Assembly: GCF_048571185.1 (NCBI RefSeq) | Contig: NZ_CP182350.1 | Coordinates: 63,480 to 127,479 of the forward strand | Direction of reading: 5' to 3' | Length of the DNA: 64,000 bases | From: Arcobacter sp. | Lineage (GTDB): Bacteria > Campylobacterota > Campylobacteria > Campylobacterales > Arcobacteraceae | In this document: positions 8,783-18,685 of the stretch, one piece after another | Position numbering within the stretch: the stretch's first letter is position 1 | Layout: each line of letters starts with the position of its first letter | Notes under the pieces: model-generated | Seen by the model: the letters and a program-made list of their open reading frames with translations, nothing else | The model's database searches: none | Told to the model about the DNA's origin: nothing | Position numbers and translations under genes: made by a program

Positions 8783-9916
8783 TCAGTTCGAACAGCATGT
8801 TGTACCTTTTTTAGGAAACTTCATTCTATATAAGTGATAAATAATAAGTATCAACATAGATAATGAAGCAAGTGATTTAAATATATTTGATTCATCCATA
8901 TCATGAGAAATAGATAAAACTTCAAGATTTTGAAAATACAAATCAAAAATAAAACCAAAAACAAGAGCTAATATAGAAATAACTGTCACATATATTATAA
9001 GAGAAGTTTTTCCTAGCATTTTATATACAACACTCATAGTAACAGCACTTGTTGCAGGTCCTGCTGTTAAAAAGATAAAAGCAGCCCCTGCACTCATTCC
9101 TTGTAGCATCAAAGCTGCAGCTATTGGCAAAGAGGCAGTTGCACAAGTATATAAAGGAATAGCCACGATTAAAATCACAAAATATGTCAGTATTTGGTTA
9201 TCAAAAAGAAGTTTTGCATACTCTTGGGGAAGGAAAGTTGTAAATAAAGCCCCTAAGATAAGTCCTATAAGTAATGATTTTGCCATATCTGAAAAAAGTG
9301 TACCATACCCATAACTTAAAGCACTTTTCAATGAAAAAGATTTTTTACTTTTAGCTAAGCTATCACAACAAGAACTCGAACTACAACAAGATTCTTTATT
9401 TTCACTAGTTGGATTAGTTTGTGACTTAAACGTAGTGTTTGCACTAAAAACTGCATTTGGTGTAAATGCTTTAAAACTAGGTTTTAGTTCAACTTTTTTT
9501 TCATCTTTTTCTACAAAGTTTTGGATTAACCCAACAATTATCGCAATAAGTACAGAACTTATAACTCTAAAGATAGTAAAAATCAATCCAAAAAATGAAA
9601 ATGTTGCTAAGATAGAATCAACTCCAGTAATAGGAGTAGAGATTAAGAAACTCTGAACTGAGCCTTTACTTGCACCCTCTTTTTTTAAGCCTTGTGCTAA
9701 AGGAATAACAGAACAAGAGCAAACAGGCAAAGGTATTCCAAAAATAGTTGCCTTTACCACAGATGTTGTAGAGTTTGTTCCTAGATGAGAAGATATAAAA
9801 TCTTCTGGTATTAATTGCTTTAATATTCCAGCAATAAAAAGTCCAAGCATTACATAGATACTCATAGCATCTAAAAGTTTTAAAAAATTTAGCACAAACT
9901 CTAATATTAGTTCCAT
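8783..9916 (-). CDS. COG0701-family permease (ArsP-like) with cysteine-rich motifs
   Basis: Polytopic membrane protein with the family-typical PLPVCSCSVIP motif. It also has a cytoplasmic-loop CCSSSSCCDS motif and a C-terminal TTCCSN. Confidence 0.7.
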   Translation of the reverse strand: MELILEFVLNFLKLLDAMSIYVMLGLFIAGILKQLIPEDFISSHLGTNSTTSVVKATIFGIPLPVCSCSVIPLAQGLKKEGASKGSVQSFLISTPITGVDSILATFSFFGLIFTIFRVISSVLIAIIVGLIQNFVEKDEKKVELKPSFKAFTPNAVFSANTTFKSQTNPTSENKESCCSSSSCCDSLAKSKKSFSLKSALSYGYGTLFSDMAKSLLIGLILGALFTTFLPQEYAKLLFDNQILTYFVILIVAIPLYTCATASLPIAAALMLQGMSAGAAFIFLTAGPATSAVTMSVVYKMLGKTSLIIYVTVISILALVFGFIFDLYFQNLEVLSISHDMDESNIFKSLASLSMLILIIYHLYRMKFPKKGTTCCSN

Positions 9917-9917
9917 T

Positions 9918-11168
9918 TTATTCGCCTATTAATTTACTTTGGTCAATTGTCTTTTTGGCTTTTACACCTAACTCTTCAAACTCTTGGGCTCTTCGAAGAA
10001 GATTTCCTCTTCCAACACTTAATTTATTGATAGCATCATCATAAGACTTTTTTGTTCTATCAATATGAGTACCAATCTTTTCAATATCTTCTAAAAATGA
10101 CGCAAACTTATCATATAAATCTGCAGCTTTTTTTGAGATTATTAAGGAGTTTTCATTTTGATGTTCATATCTCCAAATATTTTCTATAGTTCTTAGTGTT
10201 ACAAACAATGTAGATGGAGATACAAGCATAATATTACTTTCAAAAGCTACTTTAAAAAGATTACTATCTTTTGAGGCTGCAAGCATAAAAGCTCCCTCAA
10301 TAGGTATGAAAAGTAATACAAAGTCTAATGTCTTCAAACCACTTATTTCATCATAGTTTTTAGAACTAAGCCCTTTGATATGAGCATAAATTGATTTTGC
10401 CAACTCTTTGGCATATCTTTCTTTATCTATCTCATTTTCACTCTCTATATAGTTTGTATATGCAAGAAGTGATACCTTAGAGTCAATAATGACATCTTTT
10501 TCTTGAGGAAGATGAACAATAACATCTGGTCTTAGTCTTTTTCCATCTTCATTTGTAAAGCTTCCTTGGGTTGAGTACTCTATTCCTTCACGTAAACCTG
10601 TCTGCTCTAATATCCTAGATAAAATCATCTCACCCCAATCACCTTGGGTCTTATTCTCGCCTTTTAAAGCTTTTGTTAGATTTATAGCATCTTGTGAGAT
10701 TTGATTGTTTAAATCTTTTAGATTTTTAATCTCTGTTAATAGAGTAACTCTTTGTTTAGTTTCATCATTATAAATATCATTAACTCTTTTACCAAAACTA
10801 TTTAACTGCTCTTTAAAAGGAGTTAAAACTTGATTTAAATTTAGGGATGACTTCTTAGAGTTCTCTTCAAATAACCTATTTGCCAATGATTCAAACTCTA
10901 GTTTCATCTGCTTTTTGGAGTCTTCTAAAAGTTGAAGTTTTTCATCATAAGACTCTATTCTTAGCTTAAACTCACTATTCATTGATTTTTTAGACTCTTC
11001 ATGTCTAATCTTTTCAAACTCTAATCTTTGTATTATCTCTTTTTGAATAGATTCTTTTTCAGAATTTAGAGCTGATATTTTTTTTTCATATACAAGTCTC
11101 ACTAAAAAATATGTGATTAGTATAGATATTAAAACTATAATAGCAAAGATTATTATTTGGTCATACAT
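9918..11168 (-). CDS. rmuC: DNA recombination protein RmuC
   Basis: N-terminal TM helix, long coiled coil, and a C-terminal RmuC nuclease-like region (RPDVIVHLPQEKDVIIDSKVSL, VLLFIPIEGAF). Confidence 0.8.
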   Translation of the reverse strand: MYDQIIIFAIIVLISILITYFLVRLVYEKKISALNSEKESIQKEIIQRLEFEKIRHEESKKSMNSEFKLRIESYDEKLQLLEDSKKQMKLEFESLANRLFEENSKKSSLNLNQVLTPFKEQLNSFGKRVNDIYNDETKQRVTLLTEIKNLKDLNNQISQDAINLTKALKGENKTQGDWGEMILSRILEQTGLREGIEYSTQGSFTNEDGKRLRPDVIVHLPQEKDVIIDSKVSLLAYTNYIESENEIDKERYAKELAKSIYAHIKGLSSKNYDEISGLKTLDFVLLFIPIEGAFMLAASKDSNLFKVAFESNIMLVSPSTLFVTLRTIENIWRYEHQNENSLIISKKAADLYDKFASFLEDIEKIGTHIDRTKKSYDDAINKLSVGRGNLLRRAQEFEELGVKAKKTIDQSKLIGE

Positions 11169-12408
11169 CTATGTTAAACTCATCTCTCAGGGCATCTTCC
11201 TTTTTAGCGTGTACATCGAAGCCTAGTTCTTTAAATCTCTCCACTAGTGGTGGATGAGAGTAATAAAAAAAGACATACAAAGGATGAGATAAGGGAAATG
11301 ATTTATTTTCATTTGCAAGTTTTAATAAAGCACTTACCAAATCCTCTTTTGATTGTAGGTTTGAGCCAAACTCATCAGCTGCATACTCATTATGTCTTGA
11401 AATTAAAGATATCAAAGGCATAAGGAAAAATGAAAGTATTGGTGAAAACATCAAAAATACTACAATAATCCCATATGGCTCATTTGAAATATTTAATCCT
11501 AAAAAGATTTCATCGCCTAAGTTTCCAAAGATAGCAAAAAATACAAACATAACAAAGCCCATGATTCCAATATTTTTTAAAATATCACCATTTTTAAAAT
11601 GTCCCAATTCATGTCCTAAGACTGCCAAAAGTTCATTGTGAGAGAGTTTTTCAACTAAAGTATCAAATAAAACCACTCTTTTAGTACTTCCAAGACCACC
11701 AAAATAAGCATTTAGTCTATTATCTCTTTTACTTGCATCCACAGAAAATACACCAGAGCTTTTAAAACCTACTTCATTTAGAAGATTGTTGATTTTACCT
11801 TCTAGGTCTTTATCTTTTAAAGGCTCAAACTTATCAAACATCTTATCTCTAATAACTGGATAAAGCATATTTATTAAAATAATTACAGCAAAGATAAAAA
11901 CAAAACCCCAAATCCACCACATAGGAAAAGACTCAATTATAAATGAAATACTAGCAATAACCAAAGAACCAGCAACTAAAAATATAATACCTGTTTTAAT
12001 AGTATCCATGATATATAGTTTTGCTGTCATATTTGAAAAACCATACTTTTTATTTAATTTGAAAGTTGAGTACAAATCAAAAGGTAAACCTAAAATCCAA
12101 TTTATGATTATAAATGCATCTATAAAAAGTATAGCTTTTAGCCATGATTCTTCAACCACAATAAGTGAATCCAAAAATCCTAATCCAAATTTAATCCATA
12201 AAAAGAAGATAACAAAATCATATAAAGTTGAAACAATTGAGATTCTCTCTTTTTCAATAGCATACTGGGCTGCTGTTTCATATTTATCATTTGAAAGAAT
12301 TACAGGAGATAATTTTTTTGCATTTTGGACAAAACCAACTTGCATAAAAGAGGTATAAATATTTACTACAAAATAAAAACAATATGCAATAACAAAAAGT
12401 TCTAACAC
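11161..12408 (-). CDS. M48-family zinc metalloprotease (Ste24/HtpX type)
   Basis: Multiple TM helices, HELGH zinc motif and downstream NEYAADEFG glutamate motif. Confidence 0.8.
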   Translation of the reverse strand: MLELFVIAYCFYFVVNIYTSFMQVGFVQNAKKLSPVILSNDKYETAAQYAIEKERISIVSTLYDFVIFFLWIKFGLGFLDSLIVVEESWLKAILFIDAFIIINWILGLPFDLYSTFKLNKKYGFSNMTAKLYIMDTIKTGIIFLVAGSLVIASISFIIESFPMWWIWGFVFIFAVIILINMLYPVIRDKMFDKFEPLKDKDLEGKINNLLNEVGFKSSGVFSVDASKRDNRLNAYFGGLGSTKRVVLFDTLVEKLSHNELLAVLGHELGHFKNGDILKNIGIMGFVMFVFFAIFGNLGDEIFLGLNISNEPYGIIVVFLMFSPILSFFLMPLISLISRHNEYAADEFGSNLQSKEDLVSALLKLANENKSFPLSHPLYVFFYYSHPPLVERFKELGFDVHAKKEDALRDEFNIDV

Positions 12409-12478
12409 TAAATATCCTTTTAAATTTTAGATATTTTATCTTTTTGAAACTTGCATAGTAGTAAAAATTTTATAGTAA

Positions 12479-12958
12479 TTAATAATTTTTTTCCAAGGAA
12501 GAAAAGATATCTTTTATTTTTTCTATTTCTTTTTTTTGTGAAGTCATAAAAATAAGTTCATAGTTATCACCAAAAGACTCTTTTGTCCAGTTTGCTGTTC
12601 CAAAAACAGCAAGCTTTTTATCAAATAGTGCAAGCTTTAAATGGTTCTTTTTATCTAAAATCTTGTATTCAATACCACTTTTTTTAATAAGTTTATTGAT
12701 TTTATCACTTTTCTTAATTTTAGCTTTATCTAGATACAACTTTACAATAACACCTCTTTTTGAAGCTTTAGTTAAGCTTTTTATAAGCTTTTTATATGAT
12801 AAATTATACATGGCAAGGTCTATAGTACTCTTAGAATTATCTATTAAAGATATGATTTTGTTTCTTGATTTTTTTGCCTCTTTTGGTAAAAAATAAATTT
12901 CACTACTAGGATATACAGAACTAAAAAAGAGTAAAAAGACTAGAAGTATTTTAATCAT
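12479..12958 (-). CDS. Secreted phospholipase-D-family endonuclease (Nuc/NucT-like)
   Basis: HKD motif (NHLKLALFD...GTANWT). The probable start is the internal ATG at 12958, which gives a clean signal peptide MIKILLVFLLFFSSVYPSS and an 8-nt overlap with the upstream gene. The ORF track extends to 13006. Confidence 0.7.
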   Translation of the reverse strand: MIKILLVFLLFFSSVYPSSEIYFLPKEAKKSRNKIISLIDNSKSTIDLAMYNLSYKKLIKSLTKASKRGVIVKLYLDKAKIKKSDKINKLIKKSGIEYKILDKKNHLKLALFDKKLAVFGTANWTKESFGDNYELIFMTSQKKEIEKIKDIFSSLEKNY

Positions 12959-13319
12959 TTTTAAACACCTCAAACATCTCACTTGGTATTTTTGATGGCT
13001 TAGCATTTTTTAAATATGCTACTTTTACTCTCATAGAAAAAAGTACTTTTTCATCCTTTTTTATCTCTTGATGTAAAACTAATGATGCAGATTTTCTTTC
13101 AAGAAGTGTAGTTTTTACAAAAAGTTCATCTCCAAAAACAGCTGGACTTTTATAATCTGCCTCAAGTGATTTTACAACAAAAAACTCATCTGATTTATGT
13201 GGAGATAATCCTTTTTGGAAAAAAAGCTCACTTCTAGCTCTTTCACAAAAGTTCAAATAATTAGAGTGATAAACAACCCCACCACAATCTGTATCTTCAT
13301 AATATACTCTGATTTTCAA
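12951..13319 (-). CDS. YbgC/4HBT-family acyl-CoA thioesterase
   Basis: 122 aa hotdog protein. The N-terminus RVYYEDTDCGGVVYHSNYLNFCERAR is typical of YbgC-type thioesterases. Confidence 0.8.
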   Translation of the reverse strand: MKIRVYYEDTDCGGVVYHSNYLNFCERARSELFFQKGLSPHKSDEFFVVKSLEADYKSPAVFGDELFVKTTLLERKSASLVLHQEIKKDEKVLFSMRVKVAYLKNAKPSKIPSEMFEVFKND

Positions 13320-13855
13320 GATAATATCCCTTATTTTGGTATTTATTGATTTTTTAAAATATTAGATTATACAATAACATCAATACATAGTAGGTATAGA
13401 ACAGATTTAGATTACAAATGTCCTCAATAAAAAGTTTTTCCTATTCTTTTGTTCAAATAAATCTGTAAGTTCTATTAAAGATAGTCTTGATGATGGTGTT
13501 TTTTTATCTTAACCAAATTAATTCTATACTATGTTATATTTTCGTGATGTAGCTTTTTGAATAAGTTTTTTATTAACAGGAGTACTAATTAATTTCTTTC
13601 TATCTTCTACAGAAAGCTTTTTAGGGGGAACAATAGTAATAACTTTGTTGTTTTTTATTGCTAACGCCATTTATAAACCTTTTAATTTATTGTGAATTGT
13701 ATCACAAATTGAATGTTTTTCCAATTTTGATATGTCTAATTTCTTCATCTTCTTTTATAAATTTTGCATAAACTTTTAAGATTGTTGATACGTCTTTATT
13801 AGCTAAAATTAAATTTTAATTTAGTATTGATATTTGATATTTTCTTTAACTGCTT

Positions 13856-15574
13856 ATGATATTATTGGAAAAAATAATAAGAAGAAATATGAAAAATGAA
13901 AATACTATAAAAAACAAAAAAATCAATACTCTTGAAGAACTTGGAAAATTGGCTGATTACTCTTTTACCAATACTCTTGTTTGTGACCCAATGGCAAACA
14001 AAGATGGACAAAACTTTCATCCTAGAGAGGTTTATAATGGGCACTATGTACCTGTAACTCCTACTCCTATAGAAAATCCAATATATATTACTCATAGTAA
14101 AACATTTTTTGAAGAGTTGGGATTGGATGATTCTTTGGCGCAGTCTGATGATTTTATAAAGATGTTTAGTGGTGATACATCCAATGTTCCAAAGCCATTG
14201 CATAATATTGGTTGGGCATGTGGATATGCCCTTTCAATTTATGGTACAGAGTATTATCAACAATGTCCATTTCAAACGGGAAATGGATATGGTGATGGAA
14301 GAGCTATATCTATACTTGAAGCTATAATAAATGGTAAACATTGGGAAATGCAACTAAAAGGTGGTGGAAAAACACCATATTGTAGAGGTGCAGATGGTCG
14401 GGCAGTTTTAAGGTCTAGTATTAGAGAGTTTTTAGCTCAAGAACTTATGTCTGCATTAAATATACCTACTTCTCGTTCTTTGAGTTTATATACTTCAGCT
14501 ACTGAAACAGTAACTCGTCCATGGTTTACAGAAGGTTCTTATTCTAAAGACCCAGAAGTTATGATAGAAGAAGCTGTTGCTATTTCCACTAGAGTTGCCC
14601 CATCATTTATTAGAGTTGGTCAGTTAGAACTTTTTGCTAGACGTGCACGTAAAAATGAACATCCAAAAGCAAAAGAAGAGTTAGAACAAATTGTATTACA
14701 TGCAATACAAAGAGAATACAATGAACAAATAGATGATAACTTACCACTTGAAGAGAAAATTCTTTTATTTGCAAGCCTATTTCGAGAACGGTTAACTTCA
14801 TTGGTAGCAAATTGGATAAGAGTAGGATATTGTCAAGGTAATTTCAATAGTGATAATACAGCTGTTGGGGGATTTACTTTGGATTATGGTCCATTTGGAT
14901 TTATTGATTTGTTTAATCCTAGTTATCAGCCATGGACAGGGGGAGGAAGACACTTCTCATTTTTTAATCAAAGTGAAGCTGCAAGAAAAAACTTCAATAT
15001 GTTTTGTAGTGCTTTAATGCCTCTGCTTGAGTCACATCCAAGTGCTTTAGAAGAGTTGGCTAGTATTAGAAATGACTTTGCAGAACTTATGGAAGAAAAA
15101 CTACAAGAAATGTGGGCTTTAAAACTTGGATTGAATAAATTTGATGAAGAGTTATTTAACTCTCTTATGTCACTTATGATTGAAACTTCTGTTGACTATA
15201 TAATATTTTTCCGTGAATTATCATCTGTTCCACAAGATATTTCAAAACTAGAAAAAAGCTTTTATAAGGAATTAAAAGATGAAAATATCAAAAAAAGATG
15301 GGCACAATGGCTTGAATCTTGGAATCTAAAGCTTAGTGCAACTTCAAAACAGATGAAAGATATAAATCCTAAATATACTTTAAGAGAGTGGTTTTTAGTT
15401 CCAGCTTATGAAGAGGCTAAAAATGGTAATTACACTTTAATACTTGAATTACAAAATATAATGACAAATCCATATGATGAACAATCAAGTGAAATAGAAA
15501 AAAAATACTATACAAAAAAACCATTAGAACTTTTTAATATAGCAGGAGTATCACATGTCAGTTGCTCATCTTAA
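13856..15574 (+). CDS. selO: SelO/YdiU-family protein adenylyltransferase (pseudokinase fold), long form
   Basis: UPF0061/SelO motifs ([64 protein letters not shown]). The C-terminus ends in ...SCSS. An alternative start at 13889 (MKNEN...) is possible. Confidence 0.85.
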   Translation: MILLEKIIRRNMKNENTIKNKKINTLEELGKLADYSFTNTLVCDPMANKDGQNFHPREVYNGHYVPVTPTPIENPIYITHSKTFFEELGLDDSLAQSDDFIKMFSGDTSNVPKPLHNIGWACGYALSIYGTEYYQQCPFQTGNGYGDGRAISILEAIINGKHWEMQLKGGGKTPYCRGADGRAVLRSSIREFLAQELMSALNIPTSRSLSLYTSATETVTRPWFTEGSYSKDPEVMIEEAVAISTRVAPSFIRVGQLELFARRARKNEHPKAKEELEQIVLHAIQREYNEQIDDNLPLEEKILLFASLFRERLTSLVANWIRVGYCQGNFNSDNTAVGGFTLDYGPFGFIDLFNPSYQPWTGGGRHFSFFNQSEAARKNFNMFCSALMPLLESHPSALEELASIRNDFAELMEEKLQEMWALKLGLNKFDEELFNSLMSLMIETSVDYIIFFRELSSVPQDISKLEKSFYKELKDENIKKRWAQWLESWNLKLSATSKQMKDINPKYTLREWFLVPAYEEAKNGNYTLILELQNIMTNPYDEQSSEIEKKYYTKKPLELFNIAGVSHVSCSS

Positions 15575-15585
15575 TTTTACAGTGT

Positions 15586-15789
15586 TTATTTAGCATGATT
15601 TGTTAAAAGCTCGGGCATGATATTTGCTATTTCATGAAATCTATACTCTAAACTTTTAACTACAGCGTCATATAGTTTATGATTTTTATATTTATCATGC
15701 CATTTTGTCTCTTTGTTTTCATAAAAATTATAGTATTCATATCTTAGTTTATATGCTTCTTTTAAAGCTATGTTCTCTTCTTCATTCAA
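15586..15789 (-). CDS. Hypothetical 67-aa protein
   Basis: ORF only. Aromatic/Lys-rich and helical-looking. No family recognised. Confidence 0.35.
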   Translation of the reverse strand: MNEEENIALKEAYKLRYEYYNFYENKETKWHDKYKNHKLYDAVVKSLEYRFHEIANIMPELLTNHAK

Positions 15790-15800
15790 GTTTTAGTCTT

Positions 15801-16004
15801 CTATTTAGTTATCTTGATAGTGTTATCTTTTTGAATTATATATTTAACTTCATTTTCTTCTAATATTTTTAAAATCTCTTTTAGTTCTTCTAGTAGTGAG
15901 TCATTATTAACCTTAAAATAATTTCTTATTTGGAAACAATGTTTAGTATAATTATATTTATAAATGTTGCAGTCAAGTAAAAGTAATATTTTTTCGTCAA
16001 GCAT
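15801..16004 (-). CDS. Hypothetical 67-aa protein
   Basis: ORF preceded by AAAGGAG 6 nt from the ATG. No family recognised. Confidence 0.4.
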   Translation of the reverse strand: MLDEKILLLLDCNIYKYNYTKHCFQIRNYFKVNNDSLLEELKEILKILEENEVKYIIQKDNTIKITK

Positions 16005-16077
16005 GAAGCGCTCCTTTTTTAGTCTAATTATATTTTAATAGAAAAAAAAGGAGAAATCAATAACCTTAGTCAAGAAT

Positions 16078-18618
16078 TTAGCTATTTTTACACTTTTCTA
16101 CTCTTATATTATTAAGAGCATCAAAAACGATATCAATATTTTTTTCTATTCCAGCTGTAACTTCAAAGATTTCCTCATTTGATCCACTTGAAGCATATAA
16201 ATCAACTGTTTTTTGAACTAGTCCATGGACTTCTTTATGTGCTTCTTTTAAATGAGCCCATTCATTAGTTCTTGCCATATCTGAATCTTCATGTTGGTCA
16301 ATCCACTTACCTAAGTTACACTCATGATGGGTTTTAACTATAAAATTATGACCTTTTTTACACTCACAAAAATTTGTATTTTTAAAGGTAATATGGTCAG
16401 ATTTTAATTTATTTGCATCAAATATTAGATTTTCATCACATATCCTATTACTTGCAGATTTATCAAAGCTTGTTCTATTTACTGCATTTTGTAATTGAGA
16501 AGCAAGATCTGAAGTTAGTGATGACATCTCATTGATAGTTGAAGCCAATGATGCATTTTGTTGTGTAGCTTGGTCTAAAGAGTTTACTGTATCACTTATT
16601 TGTGTCATAGCTTGCTCTTGCTCTTTTGATGCACTATTAACATCTTCAATAAGTCCAATAGTTGCAGTGATATTTTCATTTAATTGATTGTATCCTGTAA
16701 TCATTTGATTTGATATCTCTTTACTCTCCCCTGCTTTTTGTGTAGCATCTTCCACTAAAGCTTTTATCTCTTTTGCTGCTTCAGCAGATCTTGAAGCTAG
16801 GTTTCTAACTTCTTGTGCAACTACTGCAAAGCCTTTACCTGCTTCTCCAGCTGTTGCAGCTTCAACTGCTGCATTTAGTGATAAGATATTTGTTTGAAAT
16901 GCAATTTGGTCAATTATCGATATTGATTCATTAATAGCACTAACTTTAGAACTCAACTCCTCCATTGCTCCAGCTGTTTTAAAGGCAAGTTGTTTACCAG
17001 TTTCATTTGATTCACTTACATTTTTTGCATATGATGACATCTTGGTTGCAGTTTCGCTACTACTTTGGATAGTTGAAGATATCTCTTGTATAGCAGCTGC
17101 TGTCTCTTCTAAAGATGCAGCCTGTGTATTTGAAGAGTTACTTAACTCTTTTGATGCACCAGCTAACTCAAATGCACTTGTTGTTAATTTATTGTTTGCA
17201 TTGTCTATTAAACACAGTACTTCATTTATTGTTGATTGTGTAACTTTTATTCCACTAAAAATAGAAGCAACTGTACCTGTAACTTTTATATCAGGAAGTT
17301 TTGTGTCATACTTAGCATTTGATAGATTGATTAGAACATCAGATAGCATTAATAGATTTGTTTGGAAAACACCAATCATAGAATTTACTTCATTTACAAG
17401 TTGATTTACAGACTCTGAATGACCTTGTTTAGATACTCTATCATTTAATAAGCCCTTATTAACTTTTTCTATAATTAACTTTGTCTCTTCAATTACTTCT
17501 ATATCTAATTTATTCCCTTTATCTAACTCAGATAAATAACTATTGAAACTATTAACAACATCACCAATTTCATCATTTGAGTTTACTTCAATCTTTGTTG
17601 ATTCAACTGAGTTATTATTAACCAGGCTATCAATTGAATTTTTTAAGTTTTTTATTGGAGAAAGAACTGCCTGTTTTAAGTTAAAGAGACTTCCTAACAT
17701 TGTTAATAATAAAGAAACCAATAACAATACTAAAGCCTGCCAAATAATATCTGAAGCTTCATGAATAGAAACATTTACAACCGCATATTTTCTACCAACT
17801 AATCCAAGACCTAAAGTCTTACCTTCAAAATCTTTAATAGCAGTTGTTGTATAAAAATATTTTGAAGTTTGAATATAACCTTTTGATACAAGCTTTTTTA
17901 GGTCTATATTCTTAGCATCTTCAAAAAAATCTTTATTTATAAATTTTTGAGAAACAACATAACCATTTAGCCTTTCTAGTTTAGAAATATCTGCAATAGC
18001 TACTTTTGGATCCATGAACAAAATAAAAGCATCACCATTTTTATCAAACTCTTTTGCTACAGAGTTAATGCCTTGCATAAACTCTAAAGAACCAACATGC
18101 TCATTATTAGCAAACACTGGCACTACCGAACGTATACTTAAACCTGCTTTCCCTACTTCGAAAGTATTTACAACTTTTTGTTCTTTGTTTACTTTAACAA
18201 CACTTTGTCTAAATGATGATAAATCATCCCCATATTTATCTAATTTCCAAGATCTTACAAATGACTTGTTATCTTTTGTATGAAGGTGAACTTTTATATT
18301 TTTAAAAGGTGTTGACTCTTTCATCTTTTTAGATAGATTTGATAGAGCACTAATAGCCATTTCTCTATTATTTTCTAAAAGAGAATTTTGAATCATAGAA
18401 TCATTTGCAATAGATATTGCATTTGAAATACCTACATCAAGTTTTCCATTAATTTTTGTTTCAGAAGTTTTTTGCAGTTCTTCTTTTGTCTTATTCATAA
18501 CTTCACTAACTATACTAGTTTTCTTATTATTTAAAATAAAAAAACTAATAGCAAGCATGACAATAGTCAATGCTATTATCATAAATGAAAACTTTTTTGA
18601 AATCGTAAGATTACTCAT
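16078..18618 (-). CDS. Methyl-accepting chemotaxis protein with periplasmic Cache-type sensor and C-terminal CZB zinc-binding domain
   Basis: N-terminal TM, a roughly 270 aa periplasmic domain, a second TM, and an MCP signalling hairpin ([47 protein letters not shown]). The C-terminal [10 protein letters not shown]...H...H pattern is typical of the chemoreceptor zinc-binding domain. Confidence 0.85.
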   Translation of the reverse strand: MSNLTISKKFSFMIIALTIVMLAISFFILNNKKTSIVSEVMNKTKEELQKTSETKINGKLDVGISNAISIANDSMIQNSLLENNREMAISALSNLSKKMKESTPFKNIKVHLHTKDNKSFVRSWKLDKYGDDLSSFRQSVVKVNKEQKVVNTFEVGKAGLSIRSVVPVFANNEHVGSLEFMQGINSVAKEFDKNGDAFILFMDPKVAIADISKLERLNGYVVSQKFINKDFFEDAKNIDLKKLVSKGYIQTSKYFYTTTAIKDFEGKTLGLGLVGRKYAVVNVSIHEASDIIWQALVLLLVSLLLTMLGSLFNLKQAVLSPIKNLKNSIDSLVNNNSVESTKIEVNSNDEIGDVVNSFNSYLSELDKGNKLDIEVIEETKLIIEKVNKGLLNDRVSKQGHSESVNQLVNEVNSMIGVFQTNLLMLSDVLINLSNAKYDTKLPDIKVTGTVASIFSGIKVTQSTINEVLCLIDNANNKLTTSAFELAGASKELSNSSNTQAASLEETAAAIQEISSTIQSSSETATKMSSYAKNVSESNETGKQLAFKTAGAMEELSSKVSAINESISIIDQIAFQTNILSLNAAVEAATAGEAGKGFAVVAQEVRNLASRSAEAAKEIKALVEDATQKAGESKEISNQMITGYNQLNENITATIGLIEDVNSASKEQEQAMTQISDTVNSLDQATQQNASLASTINEMSSLTSDLASQLQNAVNRTSFDKSASNRICDENLIFDANKLKSDHITFKNTNFCECKKGHNFIVKTHHECNLGKWIDQHEDSDMARTNEWAHLKEAHKEVHGLVQKTVDLYASSGSNEEIFEVTAGIEKNIDIVFDALNNIRVEKCKNS

Positions 18619-18685
18619 ACTTATTTACCCCTAAGAATATTTTTTGGTAATTATACCTTCTTAAGAATAAATATAACTTATAATA

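Noticed and set aside
16011-16053. Inverted repeat CTCCTTTTTT...AAAAAAGGAG, considered as a terminator for the chemoreceptor gene or the orphans.
   Set aside because: The loop is over 20 nt and the stem is mostly A/T. One arm is simply the ribosome-binding site of the 15801-16004 ORF.
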